Shown here one piece after another: positions 1 through 12,224 of a stretch of DNA of 64,000 nt. The notes under the pieces were generated by a model. That model made no database searches. It was given only the letters and a program-made list of their open reading frames with translations, and had not been told where the DNA came from. The stretch is taken from the NCBI RefSeq assembly GCF_000485595.1, contig NW_014577078.1:1314977-1378976 (forward strand), read 5' to 3'. Position 1 is the stretch's first letter; the number at the start of each line of letters is the position of its first letter. This DNA is from Priapulus caudatus (lineage: Eukaryota). Both the position numbers and the translations under genes were made by a program.

Positions 1-30
1 TATCCAGAGCACGTATATCATATATGATAT

Positions 31-548
31 CAGGGGCGTAGCCAGGATTTTTAAAGTTGTAGGCACGACTATCTGAGCGGAGCGCCACCATCGGTTGGCG
101 CGGAGCGTACAAGAAAATTTTTGGTTTTACAAACCCCCCAGATGGCCGGAAACGGCCTTTCCCGAGTGTTCATTCTGGTTCCCTGACCTCTTGCTAACTT
201 GAGACACCTAATTCAATATCACTTTTAAACCCAAAAAACACAAACGAGTTAAAATAGTGTTACGAATGTTAAAAAACTGACAAGAATGGATCCTAGTCTT
301 TTTCGGCGGGTAGAGTGTTGAATGAAACGGCACGCGATAGAAATGACAGCCTAGATGACAGAAGAATAGGTCACCTAATTTAGCCATATTCTTGCTACGT
401 TCATTTCAATAGTTTTTCCTGCCTAGACTCTTAAACTCGTCCAGCAAGCTTATGGATTGGAATTATGGGTGTTTAAAAAAAAGAAGATAACTTGGCCAAA
501 AAAAGTGTAGGCCCGGGCCTACAGTGCTACATACTGGCTACGCCCCTG
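31..548. mobile_element. Non-autonomous hAT-like MITE
   Basis: Perfect 15-bp TIR CAGGGGCGTAGCCAG (31-45) / CTGGCTACGCCCCTG (534-548). Flanked by GATAT at 26-30 and 549-553. No ORF. Confidence 0.8.
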
Positions 549-570
549 GATATATAGACCCTACGTGCTC

Positions 571-667
571 TAACCTGTATGATACAGGCGGTATGTTTCG
601 CTTCACTACACTATCTACACTGAAGTGTAGTGAAGCGGAACCGGAATCGCCTGTATCATACAGGTTA
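571..667. mobile_element. 97-bp hairpin element with 9-bp TSD (Mutator-like micro-MITE)
   Basis: Arms TAACCTGTATGATACAGGCG / CGCCTGTATCATACAGGTTA. Exact direct repeat TACGTGCTC at 562-570 and 668-676. Confidence 0.75.
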
Positions 668-719
668 TACGTGCTCTGATATATTTCTATGGTTTCTCCT
701 GTCATATTTCCGCTAGAGG

Positions 720-792
720 ACAGCATGCGCGTAAACCGGATGTCACACGAGCTCAGCGTCACGAGTTGCGGTCCGAAGTTGCGGTGTTACAG
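720..792 (+). promoter_or_regulatory. Probable promoter / non-coding first exon of the progranulin gene
   Basis: CpG-containing patch with an ETS-like ACCGGATGT and E-box-like GTCACACGAG and GTCACGAG. It ends in a strong donor CAG|GTAAGA at 792/793. The first coding exon has an acceptor upstream of its ATG (TTGAAAG| near 3345). Confidence 0.4.
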
Positions 793-1028
793 GTAAGACC
801 GTTGTATATTTTCAATATATTTGGTTTATTTTGAAATCGTTGTGTTTATACGTTGCAGTGAATAAAATGCGGTGTGGTATATCATACTAAGATAAGGCTC
901 GGATATACTTATATAGAATTAGAACGCAGAAAGTTATCATGTTGTGATTTAGAATTAGAGTTGTGTTTTGAATATTTCGAAGTAGGCGTAGATACTCGGT
1001 AGTACTATGATCATGATGGAGTACTCGG

Positions 1029-1659
1029 ATGTAACCCAACAAGAGTAGGGTTACAACGCGTCCCTATCCTTTTGTGTGGAGGAACCCCTGAGTGAATCAC
1101 TCAGGGCGGTTTGCTGGTGCGTTTTCAGAGACTAGAACTTCCAAACTGGGTTTATTCTCAACACGAATCTTTCTCCGCTATCCTGGAACTTGGAAGTGGA
1201 ACTTACTATGTATCACATTCACAATACTCTGTATTAAACTAATATAACGTGTTACAAAAATTCGAAGTGACGAGCGGCGGATATATTGAGCGCCATTTCT
1301 GTTGACCTGTGACGTACGCATTCCCAATGCGCATAGCGTTCGGCCCACCTCGGCCACCACCGAACGCTATGCGCATTATAGGAATGCGTACGTCACAGGT
1401 CAACAGAAATGGCGCTCAATATATCCGCCGCTCGTCACTTCAAATTTTTGTAACACGTTATATTAGTTTACTACAGAGTATTGTGATACATAGTAAGTTC
1501 CAGGATAGCAGAGAAAGGTTCGTGTTGAGAATAAACTCAGGTTGGAAGTTCTAGTCTCTGAAAACGCACCAGCAAACCGCCCTGAGTGATTCACGCAAGG
1601 GTTCCTCCACAGAAAACCATAGGCTCGCGTTGTAACCCTATCCTGTGTTTGGGTTACAT
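1029..1659. mobile_element. ~630-bp foldback (near-perfect palindrome)
   Basis: 1029-~1345 is the reverse complement of ~1358-1659 with few mismatches (centre GCGCATAGCGTTCGG...CCGAACGCTATGCGC). The ORF track gives the same peptide on both strands. No TSD seen. Confidence 0.85.
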
Positions 1660-2689
1660 TATTGTATTTACGGTACTACTAGCACTACTACTACTAGTAG
1701 TACTACAGTACTAGTACTACTACGGTGCCACTACTAGTACTACTACTAGTACTAGACAGTAGACTAATACGTACTTCGAAATATTCAAAACATAACTCTA
1801 AATCACAAGTCACAACAATACTAGTAGCCTCTACGAAAACAAAACATTGGTGGTGGCTACATATACTATTACTAATAGTAATAGTAATACTAGTAAATAT
1901 AATCATAATCATGTCATGATAATTATCCATGCAGCATGCTTATTTAGTAATATCTTTTTAATATTGTCCAATTGGCTTTGCTACAAGTTACAACACACAA
2001 TCTTGCCGAACGCCAGTGTGAATAGACGATATGAACAAGTTTAGTTGACTGAAGTTGAAGTTGGTAAACGTGAATGGCAATACTAATATCTCGAAATATG
2101 CATTCCATATCCTTTGTTTCACACAATTTTACGACAAACTTTTTAATATTACAAATACTCTATCAAATGCATCTGTCATTGTCTTGCATGTTGTTGAGGA
2201 GCATTTGCACCTTGTCTGAGTAGAATTACCATGTGTTATAGAGTACATTTACGAATAATAATGATAAACTAATATTACAATAATGAATAAAATACACATG
2301 CATGCTTGCACACACACACGCACACACACAGGCGCAATGCAGACCCATGCACGCGCACACTCGTGGAGTGTTTGTACTGGTTCTTGGAAACCTGGTCAGC
2401 TGACTAGTCCAGTAAGAATTTTAAAATGACGTTACCAGGTCTGGAAAGGCCAGAAAAATAGACAATTATCTTGTTTGGTCCTCTAGTCTAGAGTCTTGGA
2501 TAATATTAATAACAAGTTCAATATTTTAAGCTATAACCATGTGTACTGGCTCAGAAGGAATATAACTTGCACGGAACAAGGGTTTGTTTACTAACTGCTG
2601 ATTGGAAGATATGAGGTACAAAGATTGTATCAGATAGTCGGAACCCTAGATTGGACACCATAGCTTGTTTACACGCGTGTTCCTAGTTT

Positions 2690-2850
2690 CAGGATCACGT
2701 TTATTTTCCGAGTTTCGGAGGCGTGTATAATCTCCGTGTTTCAGAGACGTGTATATTTTCTGAGATTCGGATACATGTTTATTCTCCGAGTTTCAGAGAC
2801 GTGTGTCTTCTCCGAGATTCGAAGATGGGTTTATTCTCCGAGACTCGGAG
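2690..2850. repeat. Degenerate ~26-bp tandem repeat
   Basis: About 6 copies of (tgtttat)tctccgagtttcrgagacg-like units. Confidence 0.65.
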
Positions 2851-3409
2851 CAGTCTTTAGCTCTTACCGGTTATACTTCAAAAATACTGTATTTTTGCCA
2901 TTAGTCAAGTTGGTAACTGTAAATGCAGGTACAAGTTCATTTTGATACATTAAAGGACATATAGTTTGTTTATAATAAAGGTTTAGAAGTTGCTAAACAA
3001 GTTACTACTCTAACTCATTAGTCCTGGTATGTTTTCTGCCTACTGCCTGTTGTTGGAGTTTTAGAGTGTCATTACTGACACATATGCGATCACTGTCCTC
3101 GTAAAGAGCGAGAAATGGTCCCACTTTTAATCTAAAAATGCACCATTGTGCGCATACTCACGGGTGATCACCCCTAGGGTCACTATATGAATATATAGAT
3201 AGTAGCACCTATTGTGTGATATCAGATTTCATACGCTTGGTTTAATCTTTGTAGCATATATACCTCGTATATATAGCGTGTACTACAGTGAATACAATAT
3301 TTAATACTGCTCTTAATTCTATTTATCATTACATATCTTGAAAGGTATACAGCACGCAAAGTCCAAGTTTAATGGAAAGATAGGCATTTGTGGAGTACCC
3401 GCTACAATC

Positions 3410-6400
3410 ATGCATCAACTGATGGTTGTACTCGCTTGCATGTGTTGGTTGCTGGCAAGTGTTGCCACCACTCCACTAAAGTTTCAGCCACTAGATCTGA
3501 ATGTTGATGCATCTGCAGTGTGTGGAGACAATAAGACTACCTGTCCAGGTAACCGATAGAACTCTTACTCGTATATTGGTCAAGATTGTAAAAGAGAATT
3601 TTAATATTGATCAACTTTCAGAAAATGAGGAGTCTCACTATATTATGTATATTATGTTACAAGATGCTAAGGGTCACATTCCTCACACAAGTATGATTAG
3701 CTGTGGCTTGATGTGCGTGTAACTAGGCTGGTGATGCAGATCGTGCTGTATTTTGTGGAAGTACTACAGGGAAATGTTGTACTATACCATACTGAAACTA
3801 CTGCCTGAACGACATTAACATATAGGGTGTCATTCCCACATAATGTTGGCAAACTTATTTGTTCAGCATGTAATAATTTGATGGAAAATGCATCACATAT
3901 ACACCTATTTAAAGTAGTATTGAGTTTGATGTGATGAAATGCCTTGAAATATTTCAGACATGGCTACCTGCTGCAAGCTTTCCGATGGCGAATTTGGTTG
4001 TTGTCCGTTTAAAAATGCACATTGCTGCCTGGATGGAACCCACTGCTGTCCAGAAAATGCTAGGTGTGATGAAGAAAAGCAGAAATGTATTCCAACAAAT
4101 CATCTATCTGTCTTCAATCATCTGGGGATCACAAAACTTTATCATCCTCGAAGAGTTGCAGATGTCATTTGTCCTGGAGGAAAGGTAACGCAATGCAATG
4201 CCTTAAATGACTGATTTTAAATGATGTTTTTTTTAAGCGAAGCTCAAGTTGGTCTTAATATTTTTCTACTCTTGTTTTACAGGAAAAATGTCCAACTGAC
4301 ATGACATGCTGTCCTCTGGGTTCAGGCATTGGGTATGGTTGTTGTCCATTGCCAAAAGCCATATGCTGTGCAGACCATACGCACTGCTGCCCAGTTGGCT
4401 ATACATGTAACTTGCCAAAGGACACGTGTGATAAGGTAAGTAGCCACTGTCCAGGGACACGCCCAGAAAATGTTGAGTTTTTGGTAGTGGAAGGGTGGCT
4501 GTGGGTCGTGCATTCCCTAAAATATTTTGGGGAAAAAAACAATTCATTGTTCTGCAATCAAGACTATTCCTTTTTTGATGTCATGCAGCAAATCGATAGA
4601 CCCCTGTTAGTTTACGTTAAGCCTAAAGTCTATGGAAAACTCTAGAAGTCTACAAGTGAAGGTTTACCAATAAATACCGAATTATGTCCAGGATGTGTGT
4701 TCTTTTTCAGCAATCGTTGATGGATTCTTTTTGTGAATAGTAGTTTACTCACTTTGCACACCATTTACTAAATCAATATCTTTTGTGCGTTAAATGTAAA
4801 TCTGTTAACCGAGCCTTCATTAAATGAGGTATGTTAGTACTAATATTTCAGTTTAACATCTATTGATAATTATTTTGATAGTCATATAATCTAAAGCTAT
4901 TACCTTAACATTTACAGGCTGGCTCACTTAGCATCCCCCTTCTTACTAAACAGACTTCTGTGAGTGTCGACTGGTCTAATTCCATAGATCAGCCACATCG
5001 CAATAATGAGATGAACTATCAGCTATTCCTTGGGGTGGAAGATGTTTTGTGTCCAGATAGGAAGTCCAAGTGTCCAGCTGGGACCACATGTTGTATGATG
5101 ACCACAAGTGAGTGGGGATGCTGCCCTTTACCAAAGGCAGTCTGTTGTAAAGACAAGCTTCATTGCTGTCCAGAAGGAATGACTTGTGATGTCGCTGGTA
5201 GTCGCTGTAGCTCAGGAGAGCACAGCGTTCCCTGGGATGACAAGTTTATAGCAAGGTCTGATGCGGGTGAGAATGTTAAACATCGTAAGAAGTCTACAGC
5301 TGTTATTTGTCCAGATGGAAAGTCCCAGTGCCCCGATCAAACCTCGTGCTGTGTAATGACCACTGGGCAGTATGGATGCTGTCCATTACCAAAAGCTGTC
5401 TGCTGCAATGACAAGGTGCATTGTTGCCCACAAGGCACTACGTGTGATGTTGCACAGGGAAGATGCAGCCAGAAAGACCTTTCTTTGCCCTGGTATAAGA
5501 AGTTTGAAGCCAGTGCTGTAAATGTTTTACCTACCCAGGAGGAGTCAACTAGCAAGAATGGTGACAATACTGATGTTAAAGCTGTTATTTGTCCAGATGG
5601 GAAGTCTCAGTGCCCAGATGAAACCACTTGCTGTAAGATGACCACAGGTCAGTGGGGATGCTGCCCTTTACCAAATGCTGTCTGCTGTAGTGATAATATT
5701 CACTGCTGCCCCACAGGAACAATGTGTGATGTCACACATGGATCATGCAATAAAGGTAATGAATGTTGAGCAGGGGTAGAAATTAACTTTTGAACACGGG
5801 AGTCCAACGGACTCCCTACCCTCAAAAAGAGGGAGTCCGCAGCAAAATGAGGGAGTCCGCAGTCTGACGTTCAAAATTAAAAATATTAACAATAACACGT
5901 GCTTTTTTCAAGATTCACGTGGTTGCACGTCTGCCAAATTTTCTTTGGACATTAGATGGAAAATAGGGTAATTCCGCGACGAAGCCGTGCTCTGGATTGA
6001 ACTAGTTGGTATGGCAGAATTTTCAGGGAGTCACACGGACTCCTGCATATGTCAAATCGGGGAGTCCGCTCTGGATTGAACTAGTTGGTATGGCAGAATT
6101 TTCAGGGAGTCACACGGACTCCTGCATATGTCAAATCGGGGAGTCTGACAGTAAATCGGGGAGTATTTGACTCCGGACTCACATTAATTTTGCACCCTGG
6201 TTGAGTATACTTATTTTATGTGGGCACACACGTACAATGTCAGTTTTAATTATGCAGTTGGACCTGGTTACAATGCCATATCTAGTACCAAGGTGACATT
6301 GGTATAATGTAATGAGATTTTTTTATCTGAGGTAGTCTTCTGCTTTATGAAGTATTTCCCTACAGATAACAGTTAGAAGAATTATACCACTATTAATTTT

Positions 6401-7036
6401 AAAATACATATTTGTAAAGTATTTTTTTATTGATTCCATTAGAATATGCAATATTAATTTTGTGATAATCCAAATAGTTTCAGGTGACAGTGCAGACAGT
6501 AGCATTCCATGGTTTATGCATACGCCAGCTTGGGAGAGAGTTCCAACTGTTGCTGTCGTAACCCCTGAACAAAGGACTGGTCTCGGCAACTTGGCATTGG
6601 ACAACCACCATTCCATGACCTTGGCGACAGAAATGGTCAACAAGGGTTTGTCAGCGGTGATATGTCCTGATGGTGCCCACCAGTGTCCAGATAGAAACAC
6701 TTGCTGCAAGATGACCACTGGCCAGTATGGCTGTTGTCCATTGTTGAATGTAAGCTCCACATTATGCTGTCTAATATCACGTGCCTTCCCACACATGTGT
6801 TATTGTAACTAGTGTTTACATGGTTTATGTAACAACTCTATATGCATTGTAACAACTAATAAGCACAAATAATGCCTAATATTCACAACCATTATGTTCT
6901 TTTACAGGCGTCATGTTGCAGTGATGGTTACCATTGCTGTCCACAAGGCTACCTTTGCGATGGATCAATGTGTATGAACAATGACAGCAGAGTAACTCAC
7001 GAGACAAATCTTTTGGAAGAGATCTTTAATCCATAG
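3410..7036 (+). CDS. GRN: Progranulin (granulin precursor), 6 granulin modules, 583 aa
   Basis: Coding exons 3410-3548, 3958-4184, 4283-4435, 4918-5755, 6484-6749 and 6908-7036. All introns are GT-AG and phases match (1752 nt). Signal peptide MHQLMVVLACMCWLLASVA, then six C-CP-TCC-GCCP-AVCC-D-HCCP-G-C-C granulin motifs. Ends ...NLLEEIFNP*. Confidence 0.96.
5771..6199. mobile_element. hAT-like MITE in a progranulin intron
   Basis: TIR CAGGGGTAGAAATTAA / TTAATTTTGCACCCTG. Repeated subterminal GGGAGTCC motifs and an internal ~79-bp tandem duplication (~5989-6145). Flanking direct repeat GTTGAG (5765-5770, 6200-6205). Confidence 0.8.
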
Positions 7037-8202
7037 AGTCGTATTCTGGAAAACACTGTTAAGCACTGCTATTAAGACTGTGGTAGTGTATGGATAACTA
7101 TCATGTAACGTGTGTGCACCTGTTAAATTTTTGCAGTAGTAGTACAGGTATTACTAGTTAAATTAAAATTAATGTACAAATCTTTTTGTCACTTCTGCAC
7201 TAACTTTACTTTTTATTCTGTGTGCAAGACTGGTTAATGTATGGAGGAAATACATGTTGGTTTTCACTATTCTTTTCATGAATACAGTAAGTCCATATAA
7301 AATGATTGTTGCAGTGCTGCGATTGCTGAATTTACTTTTTGCTATTTACTTTGAGAAATTACAATAAGGAAATTTTATGCATTAACAGGTAACGGGTGTC
7401 ATGTCTAAAATAATGATACGATAAAGTATTTGTATGGTTTTCTACTTGTTTGCTGAAATAGGGTCTTGTAACCAAAGAATCGTTGGAAAAGATTTTGTAT
7501 AAGAACCAATAACGACCAATTTATTCACTATTTTCATGTGATTGTGTGAATATATACTTTGTATTACAAATTTTGTATGGCCTTGATAGCACGCAAATGT
7601 TTATAAATTGGATGGAGTCAGTATGAGTATGTGAATGGTGTGTGGACGTGTATAGGAGATTAACCTATGTATATTTGCTGGAATGTGTTTGGTTAAATAT
7701 AAATATGAAGTATAATAGCACAAACTCAATTGTCTAATTGAATATTTGTGTGTAGCACGTGGTTCGGCATGAGGAATAAACGTAAACGTGAACGTAATAA
7801 ATGGATACGCTGACGAGTCGATCAAGACTCGTTTTCTACGTGTGTATAACTAACCTATAGTACTGTAGTATTCTCGCTTCTTTGTAGTCTTTCATATAGT
7901 ATTTTGGTCGTGGGGAGCAATTAACAAATCAAAACGGTCGCACCCAGTATTATGAATACATAATATCACGTATTACATTGATATATCATGTACTTCTGGC
8001 AATATCGATGTGGAAATTTTAATTTAAGCATAAATAGCAACAAGACATCGTCGTCGCCAAAGCTGGGGTCTCCTCGCATACAAACATTTAATTGATCTTG
8101 AAAAAATTGACAAACATTAAAAATAAAAACAGTTACGGTGTCCTTGAGCGCAGCATCTTGAAAGGCGATCTCGTTCGAGATGATCATGAGTTTGTACACA
8201 GT

Positions 8203-10480
8203 TATGGCATGTATTTTGTTTCATTATTCAATTTTTTGTTTTATGGTTGATTTTATCACATATAACATTCACGGATCGAATGATTCGATTCACGGATCGA
8301 ATGATTCGATTCACGGATCGAATGATTCGATTCACGGATCGAATGATTCGATTCACGGATCCGAAAGAGAAGAACAGCGAAAAGTAGTGCCGTCGCGGCA
8401 AAGGAATGAACGGGAAAGTGCTAAAAGCAGATGAGAAGCGATGTTTAAGAACATGAAGGTCTTGGATCCGACACCGCCGAGAGAACGGAACTGAGAGAGG
8501 AAGGAGCCGGGAAATGTGTCGGATTCACGGATCGAATCATTCAATTCACGGATCGAATGATTCGATTCACGGATTGAATCATTCGATTCCCTAATCGAAT
8601 CATTCGATCCTGAGATTTATACCGGACCACGTTTCCGACTCTCGCATCATCTATCAACAACTTGAGCAAAACGGCACTAGTTCAACTTTGGAGCATTTTT
8701 ACATTATGATAATTAATAAATTTCGTACTCATTAAGTATTATAGCTCATAATAAGCAGGCGATATCAAATAATAATGTTACAATCTATTCTTGGCATTTT
8801 GAGTAGAGGATGGATGGTAGAGGATGGTGGGAGAAGACGGAGGAGGTAGAGGAGGGGGAGAAAGTGGTGGAGAAGGAGGAGGAGAAGGTAGAGGAGGGGG
8901 AGAATGTGGTGGAGGAGGACGAGGAGTGGGGAGATAGGGGAGAGAGGAGGGGGAGAATGTGGTGGAGGAGGACGAGGAGTGGGGAGAGGGGGTAGAGGAG
9001 GGGGAGAAGGTAGAAGAGGATGGTGGGAGAAGGTGGAGGAGGTAGAGGAGAGTGGGAGAATGTGGAGGAAGTAGAGGAGGGGGAGAAGGTGGTGGAGGAG
9101 GAGGAGGAGGTAGCGGAGGAGGGGGAGAATGTGGTGAGGCAGGGAGGGAGGGAAGGGGTCGAGGTGGTAAGTGAGTGAGTGAGAGAGGGAGGGATCGAGG
9201 TGGTGAGTGAGGGAGGGAGGGAGGGAGGGGGTCGAGGTGGTAAGTGAGGGGGGAGGGAGCGATCGAGGCGTCTTGTGCTCACCGGCCGGCCCGCAGAATG
9301 CACAATATATTGTAAGTGGGCAAATCCCAAACGCGAGGGAAGTGATGGCGATGCGGGAACGCAACCGGTGTCGGTTAACCGGTGTCACTGGGGGAATGTA
9401 TAGGGGCCTGTTACAGGGGGAATGTACAAAACAGACGAGAAGGTCAGCGGTCGGGCCCGAGATCAAAGTGAACCGTGGCTCGGGACAGAGCCGGCCAGCC
9501 GGAAATCACGGCTATGAATCCCCGAATTCTTGCGGGTTGTGACAGGCAGCTCTAGAATATCGACCGCGAAGGTGCCAACCTGTGGATGGCTGTGCTGACA
9601 CCAGGGCCAGTATCATGGAACCGAGCCAAGTGGGAAATGCTTACCACACCGTATTCGGTAGTTGTAATTCAGTAGTTGTAATACTTTATACCGAGCTAAT
9701 ACGCTAATAATAGCTAAAACGAAACCGGTGACGCGGAGGAAGGAGCACGGTCGTGGGTCCGAGCCACGACGTATAAATAGTGGGGGACGCCCCTCCTCCG
9801 GAGCTTTTGTAAAAGCGACACCCGCTATGTAAGGTGTTTTTTTCTAGGTGCTTGCATATAGCGGGACGAGTTAATCAAAGTTGACTAGAGAATGATTCGA
9901 TTCACGGATCGAATGATTCGATTCACGCATCAAACTATTCGATCCTGGCATCAAACCATTCGGTTTTAGAATCGAATGCTTCGATTCACGGATCGAATGC
10001 TTCGATTCACGGATCGAATGCTTCGATTCACGGATCGAATGATTCGATTCACGAATCGAATGATTCTATTCACGGATCGAATGATTCGATCCTGGCATCA
10101 AACCATTCGGTTTTGGAATCGAATGATTCGATTCCAAAACCGAATGATTGGATTCTCTTTTCTGATATAAAATCAAATAATGTGAACATTTAAAACAGGG
10201 AATTATTGTCGATTTATTGCATATAACATATGATTAAATAATCAAATATTATATGCGATAAATCAAATGTTATATGCAATAAATCAAATGTTGTATGTGA
10301 TAAATCGAATGTTATATCTGATAAATCGAATGTTATATGTGATAAATCGAATGTTATATGTGATAAATCAAATGTTATAATATATTATAAATCGAATGTT
10401 ATATGTGATAAATCGAATGTTATATGTGATAAATCAACCATAAAACAAAACTCGAATTATGAAACAAAATACATGCCATA
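8203..10480. mobile_element. Non-autonomous IS3EU-like DNA transposon with 21-bp subterminal repeat arrays
   Basis: ~65-bp TIR starting TATGGCATGTATTTTGTTTCA / TGAAACAAAATACATGCCATA. 6-bp TSD CACAGT (8197-8202, 10481-10486). Arrays of GATTCACGGATCGAATGATTC and GATAAATCGAATGTTATATGT. TAY..RTA termini with a 6-bp TSD are the IS3EU signature. Confidence 0.75.
8805..9265. repeat. Polypurine (GGA/GAG-rich) degenerate repeat inside the IS3EU-like element
   Basis: Repeated GGAGGAGGTAGAGGAGGGGGAGAA-like units with strong G/A strand bias. Confidence 0.8.
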
Positions 10481-12033
10481 CACAGTGGCGTATATCTTTC
10501 GTGAGTTTTACACAGTGGCGTCATATCTTTCTGTAACTTATAATACCATCTACTGTAGACATACTATCTATCTATCTTTCTTGAGTTTTGCACAATGACG
10601 TATATCTTTCGCGGGGTTGTGCAGGTTGGCGTACGCCCTTCGTGAATTTGTGCACAGCGGCGTATAATTATCTCTCTGTGAGTTTATTCACAGTGGCCTG
10701 CGAGCGGTGGCATCCTGTGTTGTAGAGGACTAGTTCAACTTCGTTTAAGTTGAATTATTAGTCGATATAGAGCGCCTGAATATTCAAGCTTTGGTAGTAA
10801 ATATAATTCGTGTTTCTCTAGCGTCATTTTGTTATACTGGCGCGGCTCAAATGTCCGTGGTGTTAGCCATGCGCCAGCGCAGCCGTCCGCTGCCTAGGGA
10901 GCAATACGGCCCTTCATGAACTCGATGTAGTCAGGCCTGCGCAGTGCACGTGGGACCTTCAGCTGATTAATCGACGCTCCCGAGTGGTGGATGATGTAGT
11001 CACGGAAGGCTTCGAATGTTCCCGGCGTTACGATGTTAACCTGTTGCAATCAGAGACGACGTCAGTGGAATGAAACGACGGAGAAACTACCTAAACGTGG
11101 TTATTATGCACAGAAGTGTGGTTACGCACACGTAGCACATACGCGTGCACACATGCACACACACACTCACACAAACAAACACACACGCACACACTCATCA
11201 CGTAACCCCTTATTATATCTAGTCGCTCACTTGCTAGCACCTCGCTCACTACGTGACGACGACGACGCACACGCAGGCGCACTCACGATGGTTAAACATA
11301 AACTCGCAATCGTATTACCCGCCATTACAAACAGTGAGACCGATGACCGGTTTTACATCGACCACGAAAATAACGCGACGAAATCCGCGTCTTGAAATAC
11401 GTAGGGCAGAGATAACCCCTCGGGGGTCTATCCTTATTTGAGAATTTAGCAAAAAATATGAGGTTCCTGGAACTTTTCTATGGTCGGTCAGGAAACCGGA
11501 AACGTGATTTCATTTTGTCACCATAGTTGTATAAGCCATATCGGAAAGTACCCGCCGCCATATTGAGATCAGATTATAGGGATGATAAGTTGCCCATATA
11601 TAGTATATAATATAGTGTATATATAGTAATATATAGTATATATATACTATATATATATAGTTAACTTAACATATACTATATATATAAAATAAATAATATT
11701 ATAGTATATATATAATATATATATATACTATATATATATTATATAGTATACATATAGTTGCCATATGATAGTATACTAGTCTAGATTTTTTATCTATAAT
11801 TCTCTTCACTAACATCGTACTTCATTTCACAGGTGCGCGCGTATCTGTTTACAGAAACATATACAAATATGATTGTGGTCATTTTGAATATTTTGCAATG
11901 TATGTTGCAATTTTGCAAAACTAAAAACGCACGAGTGTTTACATTAATCATGTACTTTCCTAAGCGCGCCGCGGCCATTTTATACCCCTTTTTCTATGAC
12001 CTAAATAACACAGCTGGACTTTCCGATATCACT

Positions 12034-12210
12034 TACTGTATAAGCTGTATATTTCGAGGTGGTTTAATTTTCGCGAATTTCGCGAACGCGTTCCCGATGC
12101 GAAAATAACAACACGCGAATAATTCATACCGAATAAGTCATAATTCACCGACCGCGAAATTAACCACTCGCGAAATTGGCCGTCAAGTCTGAATTCGCGA
12201 AAGTATACTG
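12034..12210. mobile_element. MITE fragment with TCGCGAA repeats
   Basis: Begins TACTGTA. Contains repeated TTTCGCGAA/CGCGAAATT motifs in inverted arrangement. The right end is degenerate. Confidence 0.5.
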
Positions 12211-12224
12211 AGAGCCGCGTTTAC

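Noticed and set aside
9655..9705. GTAATTC...GAGCTAATAC resemblance to 18S rRNA
   Set aside because: Only about 10 nt match and the flanks are not rRNA-like. No rRNA or tRNA gene was recognised in the window.
8265..10140. CRISPR-like appearance of the palindromic 21-bp repeats
   Set aside because: Head-to-tail with no unique spacers, no cas genes, eukaryotic context, and inside transposon TIRs.
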